Virus record (IMG/VR): IMGVR_UViG_3300043449_000430
Coordinates: 1 to 55,468 of that record
Source: a virus
Lineage: Duplodnaviria; Caudoviricetes
Reading direction: 5' to 3' (one strand)
Length of the DNA: 55,468 nt
Below the pieces are notes generated by a model. The model was not told the origin of the DNA. It was given only the letters and a program-made list of their open reading frames with translations, and ran no database searches. The position numbers and the translations under genes are program-made. This document shows positions 1 to 8,041 of the stretch, piece after piece. Each line of letters opens with the position of its first letter. The stretch's first letter is position 1.

Positions 1-157
1 AATATTAAGAGCCCCACGCAGGCGATTCAAGCACTATGGCCCAGGTCGTATATAGAATAGGTAACTAATCCATCCCAAGGTCCTGCGTGAGGCATGCCAG
101 GTATTTAATGTCGCTGTCTCCCCCGACTATTATATTGTAGCATAGAAATGCCAGACA

Positions 158-166
158 TGGTATACT
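158..166 (+). promoter_or_regulatory. Extended -10 promoter (TGG-TATACT), leaderless, for the ORF at 174
   Basis: TATACT at 161-166 preceded by TGG; ATG follows after a 7-nt gap with no SD. Confidence 0.6.
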
Positions 167-173
167 TGTAGGT

Positions 174-869
174 ATGGAACGCAAAGGGTCTAGACATTGG
201 CTTGAAGGTAAAGCAATAAGAGAACCACTTAGATACGATGAAGATAAAATGTATGAAGATCATGAGGTTGAAATGGCAATCCATATATCTCAAGATCAAC
301 TAAATGGTGCAAAACTATTTACATCAAAATATGAATATGCAAAAACATTAGACAAAAATATAGCATATTTGGAAGTAGGTGTTGGATGGGGAAACTCTGC
401 TAAGATGTTTATAGATACAACCAATGCTAAGAGTGCAGACCTTTTAGACTTTTATAATAATGCTGATGGAACTAGGGTACCAGGTGGAGCAGATCCAGGG
501 ATCACTGAAGAATCTCATGAAGAATATATAAAAAATAAATTTTCTTATCATCCTAATGTAAACACTATTAAAGGTGATATGAGAGAAGAATTTTTTAAAT
601 TAAGAAAAAGATATGATTTTATATTTTTTGATGGTGATACTGATAGAATTTTAGTAAGAAATCTTTTAAAACATGCTTCTGAACTAATTACCAGTAATGG
701 AGTCATAGGGATGACATCTTATTTGGTCTATGATGCAGTTCATTATGACAGACACCCAGGAGTATATCAAGCCGTAAATGAGTTTTTATATTTAAATAAA
801 AATTGGTTTGTTGACGGGATAGTTTTACATGATCTTGGATTTCACGAAATATATATTAAAAGATCATGA
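174..869 (+). CDS. Class I SAM-dependent methyltransferase-like protein
   Basis: Motif I YLEVGVGWGNSA, GDM, YDFIFFDGD and GVYQAVNEF motifs typical of the Methyltransf_24-like group; only credible plus-strand gene. Confidence 0.7.
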   Translation: MERKGSRHWLEGKAIREPLRYDEDKMYEDHEVEMAIHISQDQLNGAKLFTSKYEYAKTLDKNIAYLEVGVGWGNSAKMFIDTTNAKSADLLDFYNNADGTRVPGGADPGITEESHEEYIKNKFSYHPNVNTIKGDMREEFFKLRKRYDFIFFDGDTDRILVRNLLKHASELITSNGVIGMTSYLVYDAVHYDRHPGVYQAVNEFLYLNKNWFVDGIVLHDLGFHEIYIKRS

Positions 870-873
870 TAAA

Positions 874-905
874 TGAGCAGTTTATAGACGACTGCTCAGG
901 TCTAT
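874..905 (-). other. Predicted H-type RNA pseudoknot
   Basis: Minus strand AUAGAC-CUGAGCAGUC-GUCUAU-AA-ACUGCUCA: stem 1 AUAGAC/GUCUAU (6 bp), stem 2 UGAGCAGU/ACUGCUCA (8 bp). Confidence 0.55.
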
Positions 906-996
906 CAGCCACGGTAATCACCCTGCCGACTCTCCACTCATAGGAGCATCCGTTGTAAAACCTATTAAGTCTTATAGCGGAATGTCATATATTATA

Positions 997-1428
997 CTAC
1001 TTAATTTGAATCATTTTAGGCTTCTTCTCTTCTGGGACTTCCCGCTTTACTACTACATAAAGCATTCCGTCATTGAGATCCGCACTATCAACAAACATGT
1101 ACTCACCAAGAGCAAAACTACGGGTAAACTTTCTACCAGCAATTCCCTTATGCAAATACTCTTCAACATCTTCTGGACGCTCACCCTTAATGATAAGCGA
1201 TCCGTCATGTTCTGTGATTGTAATTGATTCCTTGTTGTATCCTGCTACTGCAAGTTCTACAGCAAATGTATCTTCATCTACTTTGCGAACATTGTATGGC
1301 GGAAAGCCAGATTGATTTGTTGTTGTGTTTGTTAATCGGTCAAACATTTTATCAAATCCAATAAAGAATGGATCGTTTAACCATGTTGGCCCTAGGCCGT
1401 TTGTTGTTGTTACACTTACATAACTCAT
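997..1428 (-). CDS. Small heat-shock protein (Hsp20/IbpA family)
   Basis: FPPYNVRK, ELAVAGY, YLHKGIAGRKFTRSF and A-x-L-x-DGML alpha-crystallin motifs. Confidence 0.95.
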   Translation of the reverse strand: MSYVSVTTTNGLGPTWLNDPFFIGFDKMFDRLTNTTTNQSGFPPYNVRKVDEDTFAVELAVAGYNKESITITEHDGSLIIKGERPEDVEEYLHKGIAGRKFTRSFALGEYMFVDSADLNDGMLYVVVKREVPEEKKPKMIQIK

Positions 1429-1484
1429 TTTATTCCCCTTTCAAGCGAATAGTTTAATTTACCCCCCAGTGGGCAGGCAATTAT

Positions 1485-1513
1485 ATTATAGCATAGAAAA
1501 ACAGGCTAGTCAA
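1485..1513 (-). promoter_or_regulatory. Sigma70/SigA-type promoter for hsp20
   Basis: TTGACT-N17-TATAAT, with TG at the extended -10 position. Confidence 0.65.
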
Positions 1514-1528
1514 CTACCCTAGCCTGCT
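1497..1528 (-). terminator. Intrinsic terminator after the holin-like gene
   Basis: CAGGCTAG...CTAGCCTG hairpin followed by TTTTT on the minus strand. Confidence 0.65.
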
Positions 1529-1539
1529 AATCTAATTAC

Positions 1540-1818
1540 TTACTTCTTTGCTGCTGATTTCTTAGCAGGAGCCTTCTTTGCAGCCTTCTTGACTACCTTT
1601 GCAGTCTTAAGTGCTGTATCAACCTCTTCTACCGAAGGCATCTTTCCAAACGCCTTGTCGTTAGGGTTGGCTGCTCTCAATACAACAGGAACCACTGCTC
1701 CAAGTAGTGAGTATGCCAGTGTTTGGGGATCTGTTACGCCAGATGCATACATTGCTGTTGCTGCTGCGATTACTGATCTTCCATATGACGCTAGTGCTGC
1801 TTTAATTTGTTCATTCAT
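1540..1818 (-). CDS. Holin-like small membrane protein with Lys/Ala-rich tail
   Basis: Two hydrophobic helices, LRAANPND motif like actinophage holins, C-terminal AKKAPAKKSAAKK. Confidence 0.55.
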   Translation of the reverse strand: MNEQIKAALASYGRSVIAAATAMYASGVTDPQTLAYSLLGAVVPVVLRAANPNDKAFGKMPSVEEVDTALKTAKVVKKAAKKAPAKKSAAKK

Positions 1819-1827
1819 AATTTCCTC

Positions 1828-1986
1828 CTAGGATATTACATTTGTTAGTACTGTGAAGCCAATCCATAGACCAATAATTCCTGCGACTCCCGCAAAAACT
1901 GGTGGTGCTGGTACTGGCAATTTGAATGCTGCGAAAACTACGCCACATCCAAAACCTGTTAATGTTGATAAGATAATGTCTTTCAT
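1828..1986 (-). CDS. XapX/DUF1427-like small membrane protein (52 aa, not in ORF track)
   Basis: Hand translation MKDIILSTLTGFGCGVVFAAFKLPVPAPPVFAGVAGIIGLWIG; LPVPAPP is the XapX-like signature; ATGA overlap with the upstream ORF. Confidence 0.75.
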   Translation of the reverse strand: MKDIILSTLTGFGCGVVFAAFKLPVPAPPVFAGVAGIIGLWIGFTVLTNVIS

Positions 1987-2132
1987 GATTCTCCCATTGC
2001 CTCATTATAATGTAGATCGCATAGATCTAGGATTCTGCTCTCTTTGGTTGCCCAAATTCGTGTACTATCTTCTTGACAAAACTCCTCTTCACATATAGAA
2101 AAGTTAAGACTCTTTGTTGATTTAAATATCAT
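1983..2132 (-). CDS. Small Cys/His protein (49 aa, not in ORF track)
   Basis: Hand translation MIFKSTKSLNFSICEEEFCQEDSTRIWATKESRILDLCDLHYNEAMGES; fills the gap with an ATGA overlap. Confidence 0.55.
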   Translation of the reverse strand: MIFKSTKSLNFSICEEEFCQEDSTRIWATKESRILDLCDLHYNEAMGES

Positions 2133-2152
2133 TTTTATATCATCCAAAGATA

Positions 2153-2728
2153 TTAGTATTGAACAGTCCTAGCAGTTCCCTCTTTTTCATTTATATCTCC
2201 ACGATATTGAGTGCCCTCAAAATTAAACCAGAGGGTTGAGGAGTATCTGTTTGCACTATTTGACAGAACTTCATGCAAGTAATGCTGATTGCTAGGGAAT
2301 GTAATAAAACTGTTAGCCTTTGGCTTAACCTTCAATTCATGCCAAGGGAAGTTGATCTCTCCACCTTCATAATCGTCATTTATGTAGTAGATTACTGCAA
2401 AATCTCCTGCAGTATCAATATGCTTGTTCATATAAAAATCTTTTTGAAATCTAACTAAGTGAACTTCCTGCTTTTTAAATACACGAAGTTTTGCATTATA
2501 GTTGTCCTCACATTTTTTAAAAGCAATTCTAAAAACCTTGTCTAGCATATCAACAATGTCAGAAGACATTCCCTTTTCAGAATTGAAGTATTCAACTCCC
2601 CACGGCTGCTTATGCCATCCAGTAACATTGGTAGCGTACTCAAGAAGTTTTTCGTGCTCTTCTTTGGATAAAACATTTTCGGTTATCTGTATATTGTCTA
2701 CAGAGTTTTCTGATGTAAATTCTGTCAT
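2153..2728 (-). CDS. 2OG-Fe(II) oxygenase (prolyl-4-hydroxylase-like)
   Basis: HID...YINDDYEGGE...FPS...HEV...RYSS. Confidence 0.85.
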   Translation of the reverse strand: MTEFTSENSVDNIQITENVLSKEEHEKLLEYATNVTGWHKQPWGVEYFNSEKGMSSDIVDMLDKVFRIAFKKCEDNYNAKLRVFKKQEVHLVRFQKDFYMNKHIDTAGDFAVIYYINDDYEGGEINFPWHELKVKPKANSFITFPSNQHYLHEVLSNSANRYSSTLWFNFEGTQYRGDINEKEGTARTVQY

Positions 2729-2731
2729 GTT

Positions 2732-3334
2732 TTAATTATACCATTCTGATTTTTTAGTGAAGGAAGATCCAGTAAACTGGAACCACATAGAAGAACTAAA
2801 CCTGTCACCAGTTAATATTGTACGAACCTCGTGCAAATAGTTTTCGTTACCAGGGAAGAATATCAAACTATTTGGCGTTGGCTTAATATAAACCTTAAGG
2901 TCTGGGAAACATATTTCGCCACCAATGTAGTCATCATTGATATAGTATATGGAAGCAAGATGGTTTGATTCGGCTGAATCAGTATCTACATGAGGATGTA
3001 GCGCAAGCCCTTTCTCAAACTTAATCAACACAAGATTGTTTCTATCAAAAGGATTAATCTCTACATCATAAAGATCTGTCATTTCTTTGTGAACACGCAC
3101 AGACATTCCCTCTAATATAGACACAATGTTTCCTGGCATCTTATCTAGACCAATGGTCTTAGAGTCCCATGGTTGAAGAGCCCAGTCTTTTTGGGATCTC
3201 ACATACTCAAGAAGAGTTTTGTGGTCTTCTTCTGGCAGGAAGTTCTCAATGTACTTTAGGCTGTCTACAGACTTTCCTATTTTTTCAACATTCTTTAAAT
3301 AAATTTCGTCTTTTTTGGATGGATTCGTAATCAT
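2732..3334 (-). CDS. 2OG-Fe(II) oxygenase (prolyl-4-hydroxylase-like), paralog of 2153..2728
   Basis: HVD...YINDDYIGGE...FPG...HEV...RFSS. Confidence 0.85.
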   Translation of the reverse strand: MITNPSKKDEIYLKNVEKIGKSVDSLKYIENFLPEEDHKTLLEYVRSQKDWALQPWDSKTIGLDKMPGNIVSILEGMSVRVHKEMTDLYDVEINPFDRNNLVLIKFEKGLALHPHVDTDSAESNHLASIYYINDDYIGGEICFPDLKVYIKPTPNSLIFFPGNENYLHEVRTILTGDRFSSSMWFQFTGSSFTKKSEWYN

Positions 3335-3738
3335 GTATCTATTGTACCATAATCTTCAGGTAGTAGGTTTTTGAGTTCGTCATACGCAGCAGCAATCTTT
3401 TTCATCGAGTAGTAGTTGGGGGACATAGAGGCAAGGTCTCCGTACTCTTTAAAGTAGTTTATCTCTGGCTCAATATCAGTAATAAACTTATTTAATGATG
3501 CCTGAACCTCGTCTATATAGGTGTAGGCCCAGTCACGAGAATCTGAAATAAATTTTAAGAAGTCCTCGTTGGCCTTGTCTTTGTCCGTTTTCATTTCCTG
3601 CTTTTGAGACTCTTGGATCATAATGAACTCAAGAGTTTGAGCAAGGACCTGCATAGTCTTTTTCCTTTGAATATAAAACAGAAAACCAAAGGTAGTTGAT
3701 GATACTGATAGGATAACTAATAGGATTGACTGAATCAC
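3331..3738 (-). CDS. Hypothetical protein with N-terminal membrane anchor
   Basis: 135 aa, hydrophobic N-terminus, overlaps both neighbours. Confidence 0.6.
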   Translation of the reverse strand: MIQSILLVILSVSSTTFGFLFYIQRKKTMQVLAQTLEFIMIQESQKQEMKTDKDKANEDFLKFISDSRDWAYTYIDEVQASLNKFITDIEPEINYFKEYGDLASMSPNYYSMKKIAAAYDELKNLLPEDYGTIDT

Positions 3739-3977
3739 TCTTCTTTACCACCCTCTCGAACAAGAAGCACAATAGCCCCGTTGTCTTCCAATGCCTTCTT
3801 TGAACGAATCATGTATTCAACTGCACGGATCTTATCTTCTCCAGTTAGAACCATGAAGTGTGGCTCGCTGGCCCTTAACGTAATAAAGTTATCGTTGTCG
3901 ATTACCTCAAGAACAAACCCAGGTGGACAAAAATGTTTTACTGAACTAAAGGCTCGCCTCATTTGATCTGTATACAT
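3735..3977 (-). CDS. Hypothetical protein
   Basis: Start moved to MYTDQMRR (TAATG overlap with the upstream stop). Confidence 0.6.
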   Translation of the reverse strand: MYTDQMRRAFSSVKHFCPPGFVLEVIDNDNFITLRASEPHFMVLTGEDKIRAVEYMIRSKKALEDNGAIVLLVREGGKEE

Positions 3978-4186
3978 TACTCTTCTCTCTTCCAGTGAAT
4001 AAATGATCTTATATATACCGCAGAGTATGCAGTAGCCATAGCAATAAACCCATATTGGTCTGTGGCAATTGCGTATGCAATCCAAATACACTCATTAAGA
4101 AGTAGTACTAGCCATCCCCAGATAGTCTTACGACCAACTAGAAATATTCCTGCTACTCCTATTACTGCTAAAACCCATGACCACAT
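3977..4186 (-). CDS. Small three-helix membrane protein, PnuC-like half transporter
   Basis: GRKTIWGW...W pattern and three TM segments. Confidence 0.5.
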   Translation of the reverse strand: MWSWVLAVIGVAGIFLVGRKTIWGWLVLLLNECIWIAYAIATDQYGFIAMATAYSAVYIRSFIHWKREE

Positions 4187-4187
4187 C

Positions 4188-4472
4188 TTATTGCTCCATT
4201 GTTAGGTGCTGCCATGTCTTTGCCCAATCAGCCTTGCTCTTATGGCTTGAAAACTCTTTAGACAGTTCTCCGTTTTCTAGGTATACCCCACCCCAAACCC
4301 CCCATTCTTTGCCAGATATACCGACAGAGAAGCATTCTTTCCTCACTGGACAAGAAAAGCATAGTTCATCAATTGCTGGCCTTAAAAGTTCGTCATCTTC
4401 ATACTTTTCAAAAAACAGATTTGTATCGTAGTCTAAGCAGACAGCATCATCTTTCCATTTAAATTTATTCAT
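4188..4472 (-). CDS. whiB: WhiB family transcription regulator
   Basis: W...C...C-xx-C-x5-C and GVWGG turn. Confidence 0.92.
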   Translation of the reverse strand: MNKFKWKDDAVCLDYDTNLFFEKYEDDELLRPAIDELCFSCPVRKECFSVGISGKEWGVWGGVYLENGELSKEFSSHKSKADWAKTWQHLTMEQ

Positions 4473-4685
4473 TTAGATCACATACTTATCAGGAATTTCC
4501 CAACCTTGGTTAGAAGGAGCAAACTCTTTTTTCATCTGCCACTTATTATTTTTATATATACCAAACTTTGAGAAGTATGCCTTCTCTGATGGGAATGTCT
4601 CAACAACAGTCCATCCATCCCAAGATAGTTGCTTATTCTTGTTCACTATAGATTCCATAGTCTCTAAAGAATTAATTAATTTCAT
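4473..4685 (-). CDS. Hypothetical protein
   Basis: 70-aa ORF packed in the operon. Confidence 0.6.
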   Translation of the reverse strand: MKLINSLETMESIVNKNKQLSWDGWTVVETFPSEKAYFSKFGIYKNNKWQMKKEFAPSNQGWEIPDKYVI

Positions 4686-4734
4686 AATAGTTCCGTTCTG
4701 TTTATGTGCAAAGCACAGGCTTATGTATCTTCTG

Positions 4735-5085
4735 TTAGAAGTTATATACGTTTGTATTTATATTATTTAGTTTTGATATATGAACAATCTTAGACACTGG
4801 CTCTTTTGGGTTAGACAAAAAAGCAAAGTGATTTATTTCAGATATGTTTTCTTCTAGCCACTGAGGAGAAACCTTAAAGAACTTGATATTCTTACCTCTT
4901 GACTTCATACCTTTCTCAGATAAATTTGCAAACTCCATTGACATCATGTTGATATTGTTTGGTCCAGCAGAGTATATGTGAAAGTCCTTGTCGCCTTCTA
5001 ATAACTCAGAAAGGGCAACGGCCATAGATCTAAGGAAAACCTGGTAGTTATCAAAACTACTCGTCCCTTGAACTCCTACTATCAT
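4735..5085 (-). CDS. Hypothetical protein, possibly YspA/SLOG-like
   Basis: MIVGVQGTSSFDNY start resembles the SLOG G-S/T-R-x-F motif; start reassigned to ATG 5085. Confidence 0.45.
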   Translation of the reverse strand: MIVGVQGTSSFDNYQVFLRSMAVALSELLEGDKDFHIYSAGPNNINMMSMEFANLSEKGMKSRGKNIKFFKVSPQWLEENISEINHFAFLSNPKEPVSKIVHISKLNNINTNVYNF

Positions 5086-5473
5086 CCTCAATCCCTTCTC
5101 TTAGTTTATCCATTATAAATAACATCTTATCTAATTGTACCTTATCCATGTGTATCGTGTCAACTTCTTCTGCTGCTTCCTTGTCAATAATTTCATTGAC
5201 CAATGGCGCTTTATAAAATATATTGTCTTTGATCCAGTATGCATCGTTATCAAAAATAATAACTTTTATATTATTCTTATCGTAACGGGCCTTAGACTGT
5301 GTTCTTGACTTCATTCTTTTATATCTTTTGTTAGCATCGCTGTATCTATAATGCAGCATTGACTGACTTATAATCGGCAGCCTATTATTCTTTATACTAT
5401 TTCTGAGCACAAAAATATAAATAACTAATAGGATAGCAACTGTTGTCCCAATAGCGCCATAAATGTTATTCAT
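5057..5473 (-). CDS. Hypothetical protein with N-terminal TM helix
   Basis: 138 aa, AGGAG SD upstream. Confidence 0.6.
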   Translation of the reverse strand: MNNIYGAIGTTVAILLVIYIFVLRNSIKNNRLPIISQSMLHYRYSDANKRYKRMKSRTQSKARYDKNNIKVIIFDNDAYWIKDNIFYKAPLVNEIIDKEAAEEVDTIHMDKVQLDKMLFIMDKLREGIEDDSRSSRDE

Positions 5474-5496
5474 AAATACTCCTATATATTAGTATA

Positions 5497-5826
5497 TCAG
5501 TTTTTATCTAAAAGAGCACGAACAATTTGTTCCATTACGACTCTCTCATCTGTTGGTAAAGACTTTATAGAATAAGCATTAAAAGACTTTGGACCAAGTT
5601 TTACGATTGGATCTTCTTGAGTAACATCCATGTCGATAAAACCTTTTTCCCATAGTTTTAAAGTTACATCTGAAAAGTATGTAGATAGTTCTTCGCTAAG
5701 TTTTTGGTCAATATCCTTAAGTTTATCTGTAGGCCTATACAGAGCCTCTCCAGTTTCAGGATCTTTGCCTGCAAACTCTAGCCCACCATTAATAACTAAA
5801 TTATCAACGATATCAAACTCATCCAT
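5497..5826 (-). CDS. Hypothetical protein
   Basis: 109-aa ORF in the operon. Confidence 0.6.
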   Translation of the reverse strand: MDEFDIVDNLVINGGLEFAGKDPETGEALYRPTDKLKDIDQKLSEELSTYFSDVTLKLWEKGFIDMDVTQEDPIVKLGPKSFNAYSIKSLPTDERVVMEQIVRALLDKN

Positions 5827-6082
5827 GTCTATCCTCAGAAATAAAATCTAAGAAATCTTGACGAGTTTTTGTACCATTCATTCGACGGATCTCTTTGTCA
5901 TTTTCCACTAGGATAAATGTTGGCACAGCCTTAATATCAAACTTTTTTATTAGTTCAATATTAGCATCAGCATCTACAAATTCAAAATTTATAATTCCTT
6001 CTGCATGAAGTTCTTCTGCAACAGGTTTTGTGCGCTGACATGGATTACACCAGTCTGCTGTGAAGTAAAGTACATTGGTCAC
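5819..6082 (-). CDS. Thioredoxin-like protein
   Basis: FTADWCNPC active site, cis-Pro VPT. Confidence 0.9.
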   Translation of the reverse strand: MTNVLYFTADWCNPCQRTKPVAEELHAEGIINFEFVDADANIELIKKFDIKAVPTFILVENDKEIRRMNGTKTRQDFLDFISEDRHG

Positions 6083-6486
6083 TTTCCAGACTTCTTTCTA
6101 ACCTTTGCAAGAGCATCAAAGTCCTTAACCTTAGTATCTCCTAGGTATCCCCAAGCATAGCCATCATTGATCATCATATCGTTTAGAGATACGGTGTTGC
6201 CATCTACGTACACCCAGCCCAAAATACGACCATACTTTTCTGATGAGTCCATCTTCTCAGTCTTAATAACAACAGACTTAGCATCCTTAAGATGCTTCTT
6301 TAGGTACTCCTTAGCCTCAAGACCAAGTGCCTTCTCAGCAAGGTCCTTTGTACGAGACTCAGGGGTATCAATACCAGCCAGTCTTACACGAGACGCAAAA
6401 AGGATATCAAACCCTAAATCAATAAGAACGTCTATGGTATCTCCATCTACAACATTCTCTACTTTTCTTACATAGTATTCATACAT
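6079..6486 (-). CDS. Thermonuclease (SNase) family nuclease
   Basis: VVDGDT, RLAGIDTPE, KYGRILG; start moved to MYEYY (TAATG overlap). Confidence 0.9.
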   Translation of the reverse strand: MYEYYVRKVENVVDGDTIDVLIDLGFDILFASRVRLAGIDTPESRTKDLAEKALGLEAKEYLKKHLKDAKSVVIKTEKMDSSEKYGRILGWVYVDGNTVSLNDMMINDGYAWGYLGDTKVKDFDALAKVRKKSGK

Positions 6487-6689
6487 TATTTTCTCCCCCA
6501 TTGGATTTTGTTCCAACCACGCTCATGTGCGTAGTAGATAAATACTTTAACTACCGTTTCCCAAAAGGCAATAGCCCCTGAAAGTGTTGCATCACCAGTA
6601 AGTACATATGCAACAACAAATGAAGATAGGGTGCCCCATATGCGATAACTCAGTGCTTTAGTAAATGATCGTGCTTTAGTTACCGTCAC
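6486..6689 (-). CDS. DUF2061-family small membrane protein
   Basis: RSFTKALSYR...YYAHERGW signature; GTG start overlapping the upstream TGA. Confidence 0.8.
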   Translation of the reverse strand: MTVTKARSFTKALSYRIWGTLSSFVVAYVLTGDATLSGAIAFWETVVKVFIYYAHERGWNKIQWGRK

Positions 6690-6889
6690 TCTTTGCCCCA
6701 ATTAACCGCATTCCAAATTCTTTCATGATAATAGTAACATACAAAGTTAACAGCATTTGTTATTACTGTTGCCATCGTAGCCATATTAATATCTTTGCTG
6801 AGCGCATAAAGGGTTACAAATGTTGTTATTAGTGCAACAACTCTCCAAGTTAGCGACTTAGCAAAAGACCTACTCTTTTTCACTTTCAT
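6686..6889 (-). CDS. DUF2061-family small membrane protein
   Basis: RSFAKSLTWR...YYYHERIW signature. Confidence 0.8.
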   Translation of the reverse strand: MKVKKSRSFAKSLTWRVVALITTFVTLYALSKDINMATMATVITNAVNFVCYYYHERIWNAVNWGKE

Positions 6890-6951
6890 CTGGCTCCCAT
6901 CCATACATTACTCGCATCTCGTTGTCTGCGATCTTGTTGTCAAAAAAGATA

Positions 6952-7713
6952 CTAAATGCCCAGTTCTTTACGCTTTTCAGTAGCCGAAATAGCATGAATG
7001 GTTGCTCCTAAATCTACTTGTTCGATCTTATATCCTACATCACGACCATAAACAATATTTGTAATGTTCGGCAGTCTTAGTACTAACGATCCATCCATAA
7101 ATTCATCCTTAGCAATGTAGCCTTTTACTTCATCAAAAGTAAGCGGATCTTTCTCACTTGTCTTATATGTGTTGCGAACTCCAAGAAGTACTTGGTTAGT
7201 GCGCTTACCAGCCTCTACATAAAGAGCATGGTGTCCTTCATGCCATGGCTGATAACGACCAAGCATCAGGGTCGTAGGTGCAGACCAATCATGCAAACCA
7301 AATTCCTCAATAACGACAGAAGATTTTTCATTTGGATCTAGAGTATGGTTTAAAAATGACCAATCATACTCAGTAGGCGCTTCGAACATTTTGTTTGTAT
7401 CTTCAAAGCGCCCTTCTTTAATTGTGTCCATATAAATAAGAATATCTGGCTTGCCAAATGCTGCACGAGTAAGGTCTGTTGGACACACAAAGTCAACAAT
7501 AACTGGTGCAACGCCTTGCTTTGCAATTAGTCTTGCCATCTCTCCCATGCGACGGGCCTGCTCAAGTCTGTCTTCAGGTGTAAAGCCTAAGTCAGAGTTT
7601 ACTGTTGCACGAACCTCATCTGCATTCAGATGGATAGCGTTAATACGTTCTTTTAGTGCTTTTGCTAGTTCTGTCTTGCCAGATCCTGGCAGACCAATAA
7701 TTTGAATAATCAT
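6952..7713 (-). CDS. cysC: Adenylyl-sulfate (APS) kinase fused to a C-terminal HxGH nucleotidyltransferase domain
   Basis: GLPGSGKT, NADEVR..NSDLGF..EDR..ARR (APS kinase); then GRYQPWHEGH and ISATEKR (HIGH superfamily). Confidence 0.8.
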   Translation of the reverse strand: MIIQIIGLPGSGKTELAKALKERINAIHLNADEVRATVNSDLGFTPEDRLEQARRMGEMARLIAKQGVAPVIVDFVCPTDLTRAAFGKPDILIYMDTIKEGRFEDTNKMFEAPTEYDWSFLNHTLDPNEKSSVVIEEFGLHDWSAPTTLMLGRYQPWHEGHHALYVEAGKRTNQVLLGVRNTYKTSEKDPLTFDEVKGYIAKDEFMDGSLVLRLPNITNIVYGRDVGYKIEQVDLGATIHAISATEKRKELGI

Positions 7714-7967
7714 GCGTGTGGCGCTTCCTTTGCTTTGTTTTCAATCAACTTATCTCTTTCATCAATGACTGTAATCATAAACGACATCATCTTCTTATAG
7801 CCATCTGGGTTGTTCATGATCTTGTTGTAGTGATGCCCACAAAAAAGAAGGTCTCCATTAAGCCCAGTTACCTGCACCAATGCTTCTGCAGCACATGAGT
7901 CACATCGATCTGTGGCTTTTAGTACCCACTCTTTTACTTCTACAGGCGTCTCAGTCATTGTCTTCAT
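7710..7967 (-). CDS. Small Zn-binding hypothetical protein (CxxC...CxHH...IDER)
   Basis: DRCDSCAAEALV...FCGHHY...VIDER. Confidence 0.65.
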   Translation of the reverse strand: MKTMTETPVEVKEWVLKATDRCDSCAAEALVQVTGLNGDLLFCGHHYNKIMNNPDGYKKMMSFMITVIDERDKLIENKAKEAPHA

Positions 7968-8005
7968 AGTATACCCCACTTCTTAGATTGTTTACAATAT
8001 ACTTA

Positions 8006-8034
8006 ATTATACCCTAGTATGTCAATCATGTCAA
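8006..8034 (-). promoter_or_regulatory. Consensus sigma70/SigA promoter
   Basis: TTGACA-N17-TATAAT, perfect match, upstream of the APS kinase/DUF2061 gene run. Confidence 0.8.
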
Positions 8035-8041
8035 CACAGGA

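Noticed and set aside
872-985. Hammerhead ribozyme or TPP riboswitch (CUGAU.. and ACCUGA words)
   Set aside because: The required cores (CUGANGA plus GAAA, or the TPP junction motifs) are not present in the correct arrangement
1811-2005. 64-aa minus-strand ORF in the track
   Set aside because: The overlapping frame 1828..1986 has a recognisable XapX-like motif and proper coupling to its neighbours
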